Source of the DNA: an uncultured delta proteobacterium
Lineage (GTDB): Bacteria > Desulfobacterota > Desulfobacteria > Desulfobacterales > JAHEIW01
Assembly: GCA_963706575.1 (NCBI GenBank)
Contig: CAVPNL010000015.1
Coordinates: 96,001-160,000, forward strand
DNA length: 64,000 nucleotides
Direction of reading: 5' to 3'
The notes beneath the pieces were generated by a model that saw nothing but the letters and a program-made list of their open reading frames with translations, made no database searches and had not been told where the DNA came from. The position numbers were made by a program, and so were the translations under genes. Within the stretch, counting starts at the first letter, position 1. Each line of letters opens with the position of its first letter. Below are positions 9,270 to 18,429 of this stretch, in pieces.

Positions 9270-9426
9270 TCAAGGCAAGGCGTCACGCGAATTGAAAGTC
9301 GTGTGTCCGAGCGTACACGTTAGTACGTGAGTATTTTAATTCGTGGGACAACGCAGCCATTGGACCTTTTGAGCCCCTTAACTAATCTTTCAATTAGATG
9401 CGAAATCCCGCTTCATTAAGCGGGGA
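9270..9426 (+). repeat. Intergenic repeat with gagcgtac-N-gtacgtgag core (degenerate copy)
   Basis: caaggcg...gagcgtacacgttagtacgtgagtatttt...caacgcagccattg, shared with copies at 40764, 59074, 61009 and 63627. Confidence 0.7.
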
Positions 9427-9468
9427 GATGGGGTTTTGAAGCCGCTTCTTAAAGAAAGGAGTGTAACT

Positions 9469-9948
9469 ATGTCCAAGGCCCTTATCGTCAATCTGGATAA
9501 ATGCACGGGCTGCAGATATTGCGAATTGGCCTGCTCGTTCGCACATCACGGGGAATACAATCCCGCCAAATCCAATATTCAGGTCAGTGTTTTTACCGAA
9601 GATGCCTTCTATGTCCCCATGGTCTGTACCCAGTGCGACCGACCCTTCTGTGGTGAAGTTTGTCCAACCGGAGCCATCTCTGCCGATGAAGTCAACGGCG
9701 CTTATGTTGTCCTGGTGGATCCGGAAAAGTGTGTCGGGTGCAAGATGTGCACCATGGCCTGTCCGTTTGGCGCGATTACCTACCAGAGTTCGGGGAAGGT
9801 ACAAAAATGTGATTTGTGCGGCGGCAAACCCGAATGTGTGGCGTTTTGCGTCCCCAATGCGCTGGAATTTAAGGACCCGGAATTAACAAATGTCCGTAAA
9901 TCCAGGGCATACGCCAAAAAAATCTACCATCAGAAGGAGGAAGACTAA
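9469..9948 (+). CDS. 4Fe-4S dicluster protein (AOR electron-transfer subunit)
   Basis: CTGCRYCELAC, CTQCDRPFCGEVCP, CVGCKMCTMACP, KCDLCGGKPECVAFC; RBS aagga. Confidence 0.92.
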   Translation: MSKALIVNLDKCTGCRYCELACSFAHHGEYNPAKSNIQVSVFTEDAFYVPMVCTQCDRPFCGEVCPTGAISADEVNGAYVVLVDPEKCVGCKMCTMACPFGAITYQSSGKVQKCDLCGGKPECVAFCVPNALEFKDPELTNVRKSRAYAKKIYHQKEED

Positions 9949-11789
9949 TGAATGCATGGGTGGGTAAGATTTTAAGAGTCAATTTAACGAAGGGGGCTAC
10001 ATCGGTTGAGGAACTAAACGAGGAATTTGCCCGTGATTATATCGGCGGACGGGGCTTGGGTGTCAAATACCTTTACGATGAGATCGATCCCAAAGTCGAT
10101 CCGTTGGATCCCGGTAATAAGCTCATCATGGTGACCGGCCCAATGACCGGCACGGGTGCCCTGGCGGGTGGCCGCTATACCGCTGTCACGAAATCCCCTT
10201 TAACCGGAGCGATAGCCAATTCGAATTCAGGAGGATATTTTGGTGCTGAATTGAAATATGCGGGTTACGACATGATCATATTGGAGGGCAAGGCCAAAAC
10301 GCCGGTTTATCTGTGGATCGAAAATGACAGCATCGAAATTCGCAAGGCCAAGCATCTCTGGGGCATGGAAACGCAGCAGACAACCGAAACAATTCTATCC
10401 GAAACGGATGTGGAAGCCAAAGTGGCCTGTATCGGACCGGCGGGTGAAAATCTGGTTAAATTTGCATGCATTATGAACGATAACGGCAGGGCCGCCGGAC
10501 GATCGGGTGTCGGAGCTGTGATGGGATCCAAGAATCTCAAAGCCGTGGCGGTCAGAGGGACCCAGGGCGTTACGGTGGCCGACCCTGAAGGTTTCAGAGC
10601 CGCCGTATTGGATGCCATCAAAGAGTTTCATGATCCGTATATGTCAGAAGTTCTGGCACAGTACGGCACTTCGGATGTGGTCGAGTTTTCAAACGAGGTT
10701 GGTCTGCTTCCCACCCGCAATTATCAGACCGGCGTATTTGAGGGGGCATCGAAGATCGGCGGTACGGTGATTGCGAAATACAATCTCAGAGGTGCCGCCA
10801 AAACCAAGGCCTGCTTCGGGTGCCCCCTGGCCTGCGGCCGGGTGACCCGTGTCGCGGATGGAGAATTTAAAGGCGCGGGCGAAGGGCCGGAATATGAAAC
10901 ATTGGGCGCCTTCGGCTCTGCCTGCGGGGTCGACAACCCCGAAGCCGTCATCAAAGCCAATTATATTTGCAACCGCATGGGCATGGATACAATTTCGACC
11001 GGTGTTACGATTGCCTGCGCTATGGAACTTTTTGAAAAGGGTTATTTACCTGAGAAAAAGGTGGGGCGCAAACTGGCTTTCGGTGATGGCCAGGCGGTGG
11101 TTGAATTAGTCGAAAAGGCCGCCCGGCGGGAGGGTTTTGGCAATGAGATCGCCGAAGGATCCTATCGGCTGGCAACAAAGTATGGCCATCCCGAGTTATC
11201 CATGTCCGCCAAGAAGCTGGAATTTCCCAGTTATGACCCCAGAGGCGGGCAGGGTTTTGCCCTGGCATATGCGACCTCAAACCGGGGCGGGTGTCACATC
11301 CGCAACGAAGTTCATTGTGTCGAATTTTTTGGCATCTCGCTGATGGGTATTGTCAAAACAGGTGATAATTTAGATCGCTTTAGCACCAAAGGCAAACCGG
11401 CGGTTGCCAAAAAGATTCAGGATTTTTATACGATGATCGACTCATCCGGAATCTGCAATTTTATCATCATTGGTTCACCGGATGCCAATGTCTTTATCAA
11501 TCTCATGGAAAAAGGGACAGGCTTAGATTTCGGCGGATTGAACGGTTTTCTGAAAACGGGCGAACGGATCTATAATATCGAAAGGCTTTTTAATCTCAAG
11601 GCCGGCCTGACGGCTAAAGATGACACCTTACCGAAGCGTATGTTAACAGAACCGATGCCCGAAGGTCCCGGCAAAGGCGAGGTGGTTCATTTAAGTGAGA
11701 TGCTGCCGGAGTATTACAAGCTTCGGGGGTGGACCGTAAAGGGGGTCCCCTCTGCAAAGAAGCTGGCGGAACTCGGAATCGCTACTTAA
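9948..11789 (+). CDS. aor: Aldehyde ferredoxin oxidoreductase (W-AOR family) 1
   Basis: GKILRVNLT, KSPLTG, AAGRSGVGAVMGSKNLKA, CFGCPLAC, EGPEYET, YDPR, NRGGCH. Confidence 0.95.
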   Translation: MNAWVGKILRVNLTKGATSVEELNEEFARDYIGGRGLGVKYLYDEIDPKVDPLDPGNKLIMVTGPMTGTGALAGGRYTAVTKSPLTGAIANSNSGGYFGAELKYAGYDMIILEGKAKTPVYLWIENDSIEIRKAKHLWGMETQQTTETILSETDVEAKVACIGPAGENLVKFACIMNDNGRAAGRSGVGAVMGSKNLKAVAVRGTQGVTVADPEGFRAAVLDAIKEFHDPYMSEVLAQYGTSDVVEFSNEVGLLPTRNYQTGVFEGASKIGGTVIAKYNLRGAAKTKACFGCPLACGRVTRVADGEFKGAGEGPEYETLGAFGSACGVDNPEAVIKANYICNRMGMDTISTGVTIACAMELFEKGYLPEKKVGRKLAFGDGQAVVELVEKAARREGFGNEIAEGSYRLATKYGHPELSMSAKKLEFPSYDPRGGQGFALAYATSNRGGCHIRNEVHCVEFFGISLMGIVKTGDNLDRFSTKGKPAVAKKIQDFYTMIDSSGICNFIIIGSPDANVFINLMEKGTGLDFGGLNGFLKTGERIYNIERLFNLKAGLTAKDDTLPKRMLTEPMPEGPGKGEVVHLSEMLPEYYKLRGWTVKGVPSAKKLAELGIAT

Positions 11790-12041
11790 ACTGAGAACGG
11801 CGAATCACGAAGACGGCATCCGCTGCAATCCCGCCGAAGATAAGGATTTAACTTACAAAGCGTCGACATAGAGGAAAACTGAAAGAAAGGAGGTGAAAAA
11901 GGACTCGCGATCGAGGGGACAGGTATTCAGGGATACTTTCAAATGGATAAATACTGACTTTAGGGGACCGCTGACCGATTATTCATTTGATTGTAAATTC
12001 TATACTTTCAATAAGAAACACCTAAAAAGGAGTACAAACCG

Positions 12042-13280
12042 ATGAAAACTAAACGTTTTTTTATAATTGCTGGTTTAATGGTTTCAATTTTATTCAGCCT
12101 CCAGGCAATGGCGGCGGAACCGATTAAAGTGGGCGCACCCAATCCGCTTACTGGGGCCTACGCTTCTGACGGCAATGTGATGTTGAACGCGACGGAAATG
12201 GCCGTGGCCGATATTAATGCCAAGGGCGGGCTATTGGGGCGAAAACTCGAAGTTGTCTCTTTTGATGTCGAAGATATGCTGCCTGAAAAACTGATTTCGG
12301 CTGCAGAAGTCCTGGTCGTAAAGGAAAAAGTTGATATGGTCGTCACCGCCTGCAATGCCATGGGTCCGGACGTACAGGCTTTTGGCAAGTACGATGTCCC
12401 TTACATCAACAATAATGCCTCCACTGTTGCCACGGGAATGGTGAAAGATGATCCCGCTACCTATTTTAATGTCTTCCAGGCCGGTGATAACGAGCCGGCT
12501 TATGTTTCAAAAACCATCGAAACATTCATGGGCTTTGGTTACAAACTGCCCAACAAGAAGATGGCCGTGGTTTACAGTGAATACGATTGGGATAAAAAGA
12601 TCGCAGGGGCCTTAAAAGAACAGGCCAAGCAATACGGTCTCGATCTGGTCATATATGAACAGACGCCCGCCGCCACCAATGCCTGGGGCCCCATCCTGAC
12701 AAAAATTCGGGCCCATGACCCCGCTCTGGTATTTTTGAGCATCTACGCCCCTGAAAGCATTGCCGCTTTTGCAGATCAATACCTGCAAAACCCGACGAAT
12801 TCTCTGGTGGACCTGGGCTATGCCGTCTCCATCCCCTCATTTATGGAGATTGCCAGCAAATACGCCGATGGGTTTACCGGCTATGCGGCCCTGGCAATTC
12901 CACCCGAAATGACGGCAGAAGGTCAGGCCCTGGAAGCCAGATACAAAAAAATGTTTAAAACCGATTCCATGCCATTCAGCGTTGTACCCTGTGTATATGA
13001 CGGCGTAATGGCCTGGGCGGCAGCGGTTGAAAAGGTCGGTGATGTAAAAGATTACAAAGCCGTATCGGTCACCATGAAGACCAATCGCTATAAAGGCATC
13101 GGCGGGGTATACGACTTTAATAATCCGCGCCAGGCTGCCAGAGCTGGGGACGATCTGTTACCGGTCAATCTTTTTCAAGCCCAAAACGGCAAACTCGTGC
13201 TGCGCAACCTGGGTAGTAAGACAATATCGCCATATCAGCTGCCGCCTTGGTTAAAAGAACCGTGGCCAAAGGCTCAGTAA
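12042..13280 (+). CDS. ABC transporter substrate-binding protein (LivJ/HAAT family)
   Basis: Signal peptide; PIKVGAPNPLTG, INAKGGLLGRKLE. Confidence 0.9.
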   Translation: MKTKRFFIIAGLMVSILFSLQAMAAEPIKVGAPNPLTGAYASDGNVMLNATEMAVADINAKGGLLGRKLEVVSFDVEDMLPEKLISAAEVLVVKEKVDMVVTACNAMGPDVQAFGKYDVPYINNNASTVATGMVKDDPATYFNVFQAGDNEPAYVSKTIETFMGFGYKLPNKKMAVVYSEYDWDKKIAGALKEQAKQYGLDLVIYEQTPAATNAWGPILTKIRAHDPALVFLSIYAPESIAAFADQYLQNPTNSLVDLGYAVSIPSFMEIASKYADGFTGYAALAIPPEMTAEGQALEARYKKMFKTDSMPFSVVPCVYDGVMAWAAAVEKVGDVKDYKAVSVTMKTNRYKGIGGVYDFNNPRQAARAGDDLLPVNLFQAQNGKLVLRNLGSKTISPYQLPPWLKEPWPKAQ

Positions 13281-14044
13281 TGGCAAGCAGCGCGAATTTT
13301 AATCCCAAAGATGGACAGATGGGGGCGCAAGCCCCCATCCTTCAAGTCCGGAATCTCTCCAAGGCCTTTGGGGCCATGATGGCCGTCAACAATTTAAGCT
13401 TTGAGATTCCCGCCGGCGAAGTATTTGGTATTGCCGGACCCAATGGCGCCGGAAAAACGACGGTCTTCAACCTGATCACCGGGTTTTTACAGGGGACCGG
13501 CGAAGTGCGCTTCGAAGATAAAAATGTGACGAATCTCAAACCGTATCAGATTTGTCACCGGGGAATCGCACGGACGCTTCAAATTCCGCAGGTCTTCACA
13601 ACCCTTGATGTGTTTAACAATGTCAGATTTGGCGCCCATTTCGGCAACAAACGGCTAACGGATGGGAATGAAGCGGAAATTATCCACCGGGCCTTAGATT
13701 TCGTTGGATTGCAGGATGACAAAACAGCAATCGCCGAGAATATGGACCTGTTTCATAAGAAGCTGATTATGATCGCAGCGGCGCTTGCGACCCAGCCACG
13801 CTTATTGTTACTCGATGAGCCCATCGGCGGTCTGAGCCCGACGGAGATCGATCCGCTCATGGAACTCATCCGCAAGATCAACCAGGAATTGAACATCACC
13901 GTCATTATTATCGAGCATTTAATGAAGGTGCTTAAAAAGCTGTCGCATCGCCTGATGATCCTGCACTACGGGGAAGAGATTCGAACCGGACCCCCGGCGG
14001 AAGTCATGGAAGATGAAAAAGTAAAAGAAGTTTATCTGGGTTAG
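13280..14044 (+). CDS. livG: ABC ATPase, LivG-like
   Basis: GPNGAGKTT, GIARTLQ, LLLLDEP. Confidence 0.88.
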   Translation: MASSANFNPKDGQMGAQAPILQVRNLSKAFGAMMAVNNLSFEIPAGEVFGIAGPNGAGKTTVFNLITGFLQGTGEVRFEDKNVTNLKPYQICHRGIARTLQIPQVFTTLDVFNNVRFGAHFGNKRLTDGNEAEIIHRALDFVGLQDDKTAIAENMDLFHKKLIMIAAALATQPRLLLLDEPIGGLSPTEIDPLMELIRKINQELNITVIIIEHLMKVLKKLSHRLMILHYGEEIRTGPPAEVMEDEKVKEVYLG

Positions 14045-14054
14045 GAGAACCGTT

Positions 14055-14759
14055 TTGCTCGAATTAAAGCACATCAATACCTATTACGGCCAATTTCATG
14101 CCATCAGAGACGTTTCCTTTAAAATTAATCAAGGCGATTTATTCCTGGTTGTGGGGCCCAACGGGCATGGAAAGAGCACTTTGCTGAAAACGATATGCGG
14201 CTTGCTGCGGACGGCTTCAGGTCAAATCGTTTTTAACTCGACCGAAATTACCCGATTGGCGACGGATCAAATCGTGGCGATGGGCCTGGTTTATGTGGCC
14301 GAGGAACGCCATCTCTTTCCCCAGATGACCGTTCTCGACAACTTGAAGCTCGGTGCCTATAACATGCAGGCCCGGGCCAAAGAACGCGAAACCCTCGAAT
14401 ACGTCTTTCATTTATTTCCGCGTTTAAGCGAATTTCAAAATAGATATGCAGCAACCCTGAGTGGTGGTGAAGCAAGGATGTTAACCCTGGGCCGGGGCAT
14501 CATGTCCTGTGCCAAGCTGTTGGCGATCGATGAGCCGTCCTTTGGGTTAGCCCCCATTCTCAGAAATGACGTATTTGATAAGATCAATGAGATCAATTCC
14601 AATGGGTTGACCGTTCTTCTGGTAGAGCAAAACGTTAATCAGGTAGTGGACTTCGCTGACAGAATCTGCCTGATCGAAGACGGATGTATCGTCTTCGACG
14701 GCCCCAGAGAAGAAGCCCTGCTGAACGAACATGTTAAAAATGTATTTCTAGGTGGATAA
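14055..14759 (+). CDS. livF: ABC ATPase, LivF-like
   Basis: GPNGHGKST, LSGGE, IDEPSFGL, LLVEQN. Confidence 0.88.
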   Translation: MLELKHINTYYGQFHAIRDVSFKINQGDLFLVVGPNGHGKSTLLKTICGLLRTASGQIVFNSTEITRLATDQIVAMGLVYVAEERHLFPQMTVLDNLKLGAYNMQARAKERETLEYVFHLFPRLSEFQNRYAATLSGGEARMLTLGRGIMSCAKLLAIDEPSFGLAPILRNDVFDKINEINSNGLTVLLVEQNVNQVVDFADRICLIEDGCIVFDGPREEALLNEHVKNVFLGG

Positions 14760-14764
14760 TATAA

Positions 14765-15646
14765 ATGAATATTTGGGTTCAACAGATCATTCAAGTGATT
14801 ATTAGTGGGATTGTGACGGCTTCGGCATATGCAATTATGGGTATCGGATTATCGGTCATCTATGGCATATCACGCGTATTTAATTTTGCATACGGGTCGT
14901 TTTTTACCTGGGGGGCCTATTTTGCCTGGTTTTTATTCGCCACATTTTCGTGGATGAATTATCCGCTGGTTTTTTTGATTGTGGTGCCCGGTATGTTTTT
15001 TCTAGGAATGGGTACCGAACGCGTCGTGGTCCGGTCCCTGCGCTGGCGCAAAAACTGGCAGGTGACTACCATGATGGTTACGCTGGGGCTGGCTTTTTTT
15101 ATGGACAATCTGGCGATGGTCGTTTTCGGCGGATTTGCCAAACCGCTGCCCCCTCTTTTTCGCGGCGCCATAAACCCTTTTGGTTTCACCTTAAGCGTGC
15201 AGGATTTGGCCATGCTGATTATCGCCATATTGGTGATCGTCGTCTTTGGCTTATTTCTGTCCAGAACCCGGGTGGGAAGATGCATGCAAGCCATCTCTCA
15301 GGATATGACCGGAGCCGAAATCGTCGGAATTCCGATAAAAAAAATATTCAGCTACACCTTCGGATTATCAACCGCGCTGGTGGGAACCGGTGGCATTCTG
15401 CTGGCACCGAGGTATTTCATTACCCCCCACGGCGGCTGGGCACCTTTTTTTCGGGTTTTTGTTATCGTTGCTTTCGGCGGCCTGGGTAGCATTCGGGGAA
15501 CCCTCTATGCGGCATTTATCCTGGCTATTTTTGAGTCCTTTATTTCCTGGGGGCTGGGCGCCACCTGGGTAATGCCTTTCTGGTTTTTGGTCTTCTTGGG
15601 GGTGCTGGCATTTCGACCTTCAGGATTAATGGGAACGTGGGGTTAA
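14765..15646 (+). CDS. livH: ABC permease, LivH-like
   Basis: GLSVIYGISRVFNFAYG, FGGLGS, RPSGLMG. Confidence 0.88.
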   Translation: MNIWVQQIIQVIISGIVTASAYAIMGIGLSVIYGISRVFNFAYGSFFTWGAYFAWFLFATFSWMNYPLVFLIVVPGMFFLGMGTERVVVRSLRWRKNWQVTTMMVTLGLAFFMDNLAMVVFGGFAKPLPPLFRGAINPFGFTLSVQDLAMLIIAILVIVVFGLFLSRTRVGRCMQAISQDMTGAEIVGIPIKKIFSYTFGLSTALVGTGGILLAPRYFITPHGGWAPFFRVFVIVAFGGLGSIRGTLYAAFILAIFESFISWGLGATWVMPFWFLVFLGVLAFRPSGLMGTWG

Positions 15647-15651
15647 GGGGA

Positions 15652-16665
15652 ATGATGAAAATACAAATGCGACAAGAACTGGTCGTCTTTTTGGCCATGT
15701 ACCTCATTTTGCTTTTTTTGCCTGTGTTTCTATACAAGGATGCATATGTCATTGGGATTCTCATCACCTGTATGATCTGGGGGGCGATGGCATCGGTTTG
15801 GAATTTTACCATGGGGTATGCCGGTATCTTCACCTTCGGTCAGTTTGGTTTTTTCGTTGTGGCCGCGTATACCTCCGGCATGGTGACCAAATACCTGGGA
15901 ATATCTCCCTGGCTGGGCATTTTGATAGGTGGATTGATGGCCGCGCTGGTGGGTGTCCTCATCGGCCTGCCGTGTATGAAATTAAAAGGAGCCTACATCG
16001 CTTTAATTACCTTTGCACTGCACCTGGTTGTGGCGCCGATGATAAAAGTGGCCGACCCGCTGGGCACCGGCGGCAGCACCGGCCTGATGTCCATTCCAAG
16101 TTTAAATCTGGGCGCATATACGTTTTCGCGTACCGATCTTATTCCGTGGTATTATACCGCTCTGGTAATATCCTTTTTGGTCCTTTTTGTTGTTTATAAA
16201 ATCATTTTTTCCTCGGTTGGTTTAGGATTTATCGGTCTGCGTGATTCCGAGGACTTTGCCAAAACCCTGGGGATAAATGAATATAAGTACAAACTGCTGG
16301 TATTTGGCCTTTCGGCTTTTTTAACCGGAATCATGGGAGGGTTTTATGCGCATTATGCCGGCATCATATCTCCCCGATTGTTGGGTCTTGATATCTTTCT
16401 TTTGGTGATGCTCATGCTGATTATCGGGGGCATGGGGATATTTCCAGGCGCCTTTTTAGGCGGGTTTATTATTCTTTTCTTAAATGAGTTTTTACGTCCG
16501 TTGGCGGCCTATCGTTTCCTGATTTTTGGTGCGATTGTGATTGTGGCAATTAAACTGATGCCGGAAGGGATTCTGGGCCATCTCAACATTTTCAAGAACC
16601 GAATGGGAAAGCGTTTGCTGGGCAGACCTGCTGAAGCGGAATCGACCAGAGGCCAAAATGTTTAA
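15652..16665 (+). CDS. livM: ABC permease, LivM-like
   Basis: WNFTMGYAG, LKGAYIALIT, IIGGMG, MPEGILG. Confidence 0.88.
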   Translation: MMKIQMRQELVVFLAMYLILLFLPVFLYKDAYVIGILITCMIWGAMASVWNFTMGYAGIFTFGQFGFFVVAAYTSGMVTKYLGISPWLGILIGGLMAALVGVLIGLPCMKLKGAYIALITFALHLVVAPMIKVADPLGTGGSTGLMSIPSLNLGAYTFSRTDLIPWYYTALVISFLVLFVVYKIIFSSVGLGFIGLRDSEDFAKTLGINEYKYKLLVFGLSAFLTGIMGGFYAHYAGIISPRLLGLDIFLLVMLMLIIGGMGIFPGAFLGGFIILFLNEFLRPLAAYRFLIFGAIVIVAIKLMPEGILGHLNIFKNRMGKRLLGRPAEAESTRGQNV

Positions 16666-16794
16666 ACGATGGCGCCCTACCCTCCGCCTCTGGTGATGGC
16701 GAACAGGAGTTTAGGACCAGGGTGAATCATGGCGCAAAGAAAAGTTTAAGCAGTATTTCAACCTTTAAAACATTTGCAGAACAGGAGAAAATTT

Positions 16795-18057
16795 ATGAGC
16801 TCTAAAGCAAAGAATGAAATTTTAAGTGAACAGCGAAACCGATTTATATCTGAAGGCGTGGCCAGTGTAACGCCCCTGTATGTCGAATCCGCCAAAGGGG
16901 CGATTATCAAGGATGTCGACGGCAGAGAATACATCGATTTCGCGGGTGGCATTGCGGTCATGAACATCGGGCACAGTCATCCCAAGGTGGTCGCGGCCAT
17001 AAAGGATCAGGCCGAAAAATTCACGCATACCTGCTTTATGGTCAATCCATATGAATCGCCGGTAGCGCTGGCAGAAAAGCTCTGTCTGCTGACGCCGGGC
17101 GATTTTGCCAAAAAGGCGATTTTCCTGAACTGTGGTGCCGAAGCAGTTGAAAATGCGGTTAAGATTGCCCGTTATTATACCAAAAGACCCGCCATTATCG
17201 TTTTTGAAAACGCCTATCACGGCCGCACCCTTCTGACCATGACGATGACGAGCAAAGTCAAGCCCTATAAATTCGGATTTGGCCCCTTTGCACCCGAGGT
17301 GTACCGCATGCCTTTCGGCGATGAAGTGGGACCCGAAAAACTCCATGATTTTTTTGTTAAACATGTCAATCCTGAAGCGGTGGCAGCTGTTGTTGCTGAA
17401 CCGGTTCAGGGTGAAGGGGGCTTCATTGCGCCACCGCCCGGCTATTTTCAGGAGTTAGCCAAGATCTGCAAAGACAATGGCATTCTTTTCGTGGCGGATG
17501 AAATTCAGAGCGGTATGGGGCGTACCGGAAAAATGTGGGCCATTGAGCACTGGGATGTCGAGCCGGACCTGATTACGGTCGCAAAAAGCCTGGCTGCCGG
17601 CATGCCGCTGGCTGCCGTCATCGGCAAACAGGAGATCATGGACGCCGTCCATCCCTGGGGGTTGGGCGGAACTTACGGCGGAAACCCGGTGGCATGTCGT
17701 GCCGCACTGGCGGTGCTGGAAGTTTTCGAGGAAGAAGGCCTGGTTGAAAAGGCAGCGGTGCTGGGGCAAAAACTGAAAGCGCGCTTTGAAAAGTGGCAGG
17801 AGCAATTCGCGATAATCGGAGAAATCAGAGGCCTGGGTGCCATGCTGGGTCTGGAGTTGATCAAGGGCGACAATCAGCAACCCGCCGCGGATGAAGCCAA
17901 ACAACTGGTGAATTTCTGCTATGAAAAAGGGCTGGTGATCCTGGCCTGCGGCAGCTACGGTAACATTATTCGGATTCTGGCACCGTTTGTGATTACGGAT
18001 GAACAATTGGAGCAGGGTCTTGCCATTATGGAGGAAGGGCTTTCGGCCCTCTCGTAA
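16795..18057 (+). CDS. gabT: 4-aminobutyrate/5-aminovalerate aminotransferase-like (class III)
   Basis: YIDFAGGIAVMNIGHSHP, THTCFMV, GAEAVENAVKIAR, YHGRT, DEIQSGMGRTG, AKSLAAG, GGTYGGNP. Confidence 0.9.
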   Translation: MSSKAKNEILSEQRNRFISEGVASVTPLYVESAKGAIIKDVDGREYIDFAGGIAVMNIGHSHPKVVAAIKDQAEKFTHTCFMVNPYESPVALAEKLCLLTPGDFAKKAIFLNCGAEAVENAVKIARYYTKRPAIIVFENAYHGRTLLTMTMTSKVKPYKFGFGPFAPEVYRMPFGDEVGPEKLHDFFVKHVNPEAVAAVVAEPVQGEGGFIAPPPGYFQELAKICKDNGILFVADEIQSGMGRTGKMWAIEHWDVEPDLITVAKSLAAGMPLAAVIGKQEIMDAVHPWGLGGTYGGNPVACRAALAVLEVFEEEGLVEKAAVLGQKLKARFEKWQEQFAIIGEIRGLGAMLGLELIKGDNQQPAADEAKQLVNFCYEKGLVILACGSYGNIIRILAPFVITDEQLEQGLAIMEEGLSALS

Positions 18058-18084
18058 CCAACAAATAAGAGGAGGAATGATATC

Positions 18085-18390
18085 TTGGCAAACTTTGCTG
18101 AGATCAAACAGAATCTGGATCCGTCTTTTCATTATATTATTTTCGAAAAGACCGTAAACCCGGCTGACGGACCGGATTTCAGCGAGATCAGCGCTTTTAT
18201 CATGCGCTATCAGAAGGCCGTGATCGAACAGGAGGTGCATCGCGATCCAACCGGAAAGCATCTTTTGCTCGTTGTTAAATTAAACGCGGATGAAGTGGAT
18301 GAGATTTCACAGGAAATCCTAAATCTTACGTTCGCGGAGGATATCACGGTTTATGTTTACGGCCGACGCCCAAGCATTGAAACCGCTTGA
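18085..18390 (+). CDS. Hypothetical protein (101 aa)
   Basis: Strong RBS gaggagg and TTG start; fills the gap between gabT and mtbB. Confidence 0.7.
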   Translation: MANFAEIKQNLDPSFHYIIFEKTVNPADGPDFSEISAFIMRYQKAVIEQEVHRDPTGKHLLLVVKLNADEVDEISQEILNLTFAEDITVYVYGRRPSIETA

Positions 18391-18429
18391 AGTAAAAAAC
18401 AATAAATCAAACGACTAAGGGAGGACATC

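Noticed and set aside
9093..9323. 76-aa ORF
   Set aside because: No RBS or motifs, and overlaps the repeat element
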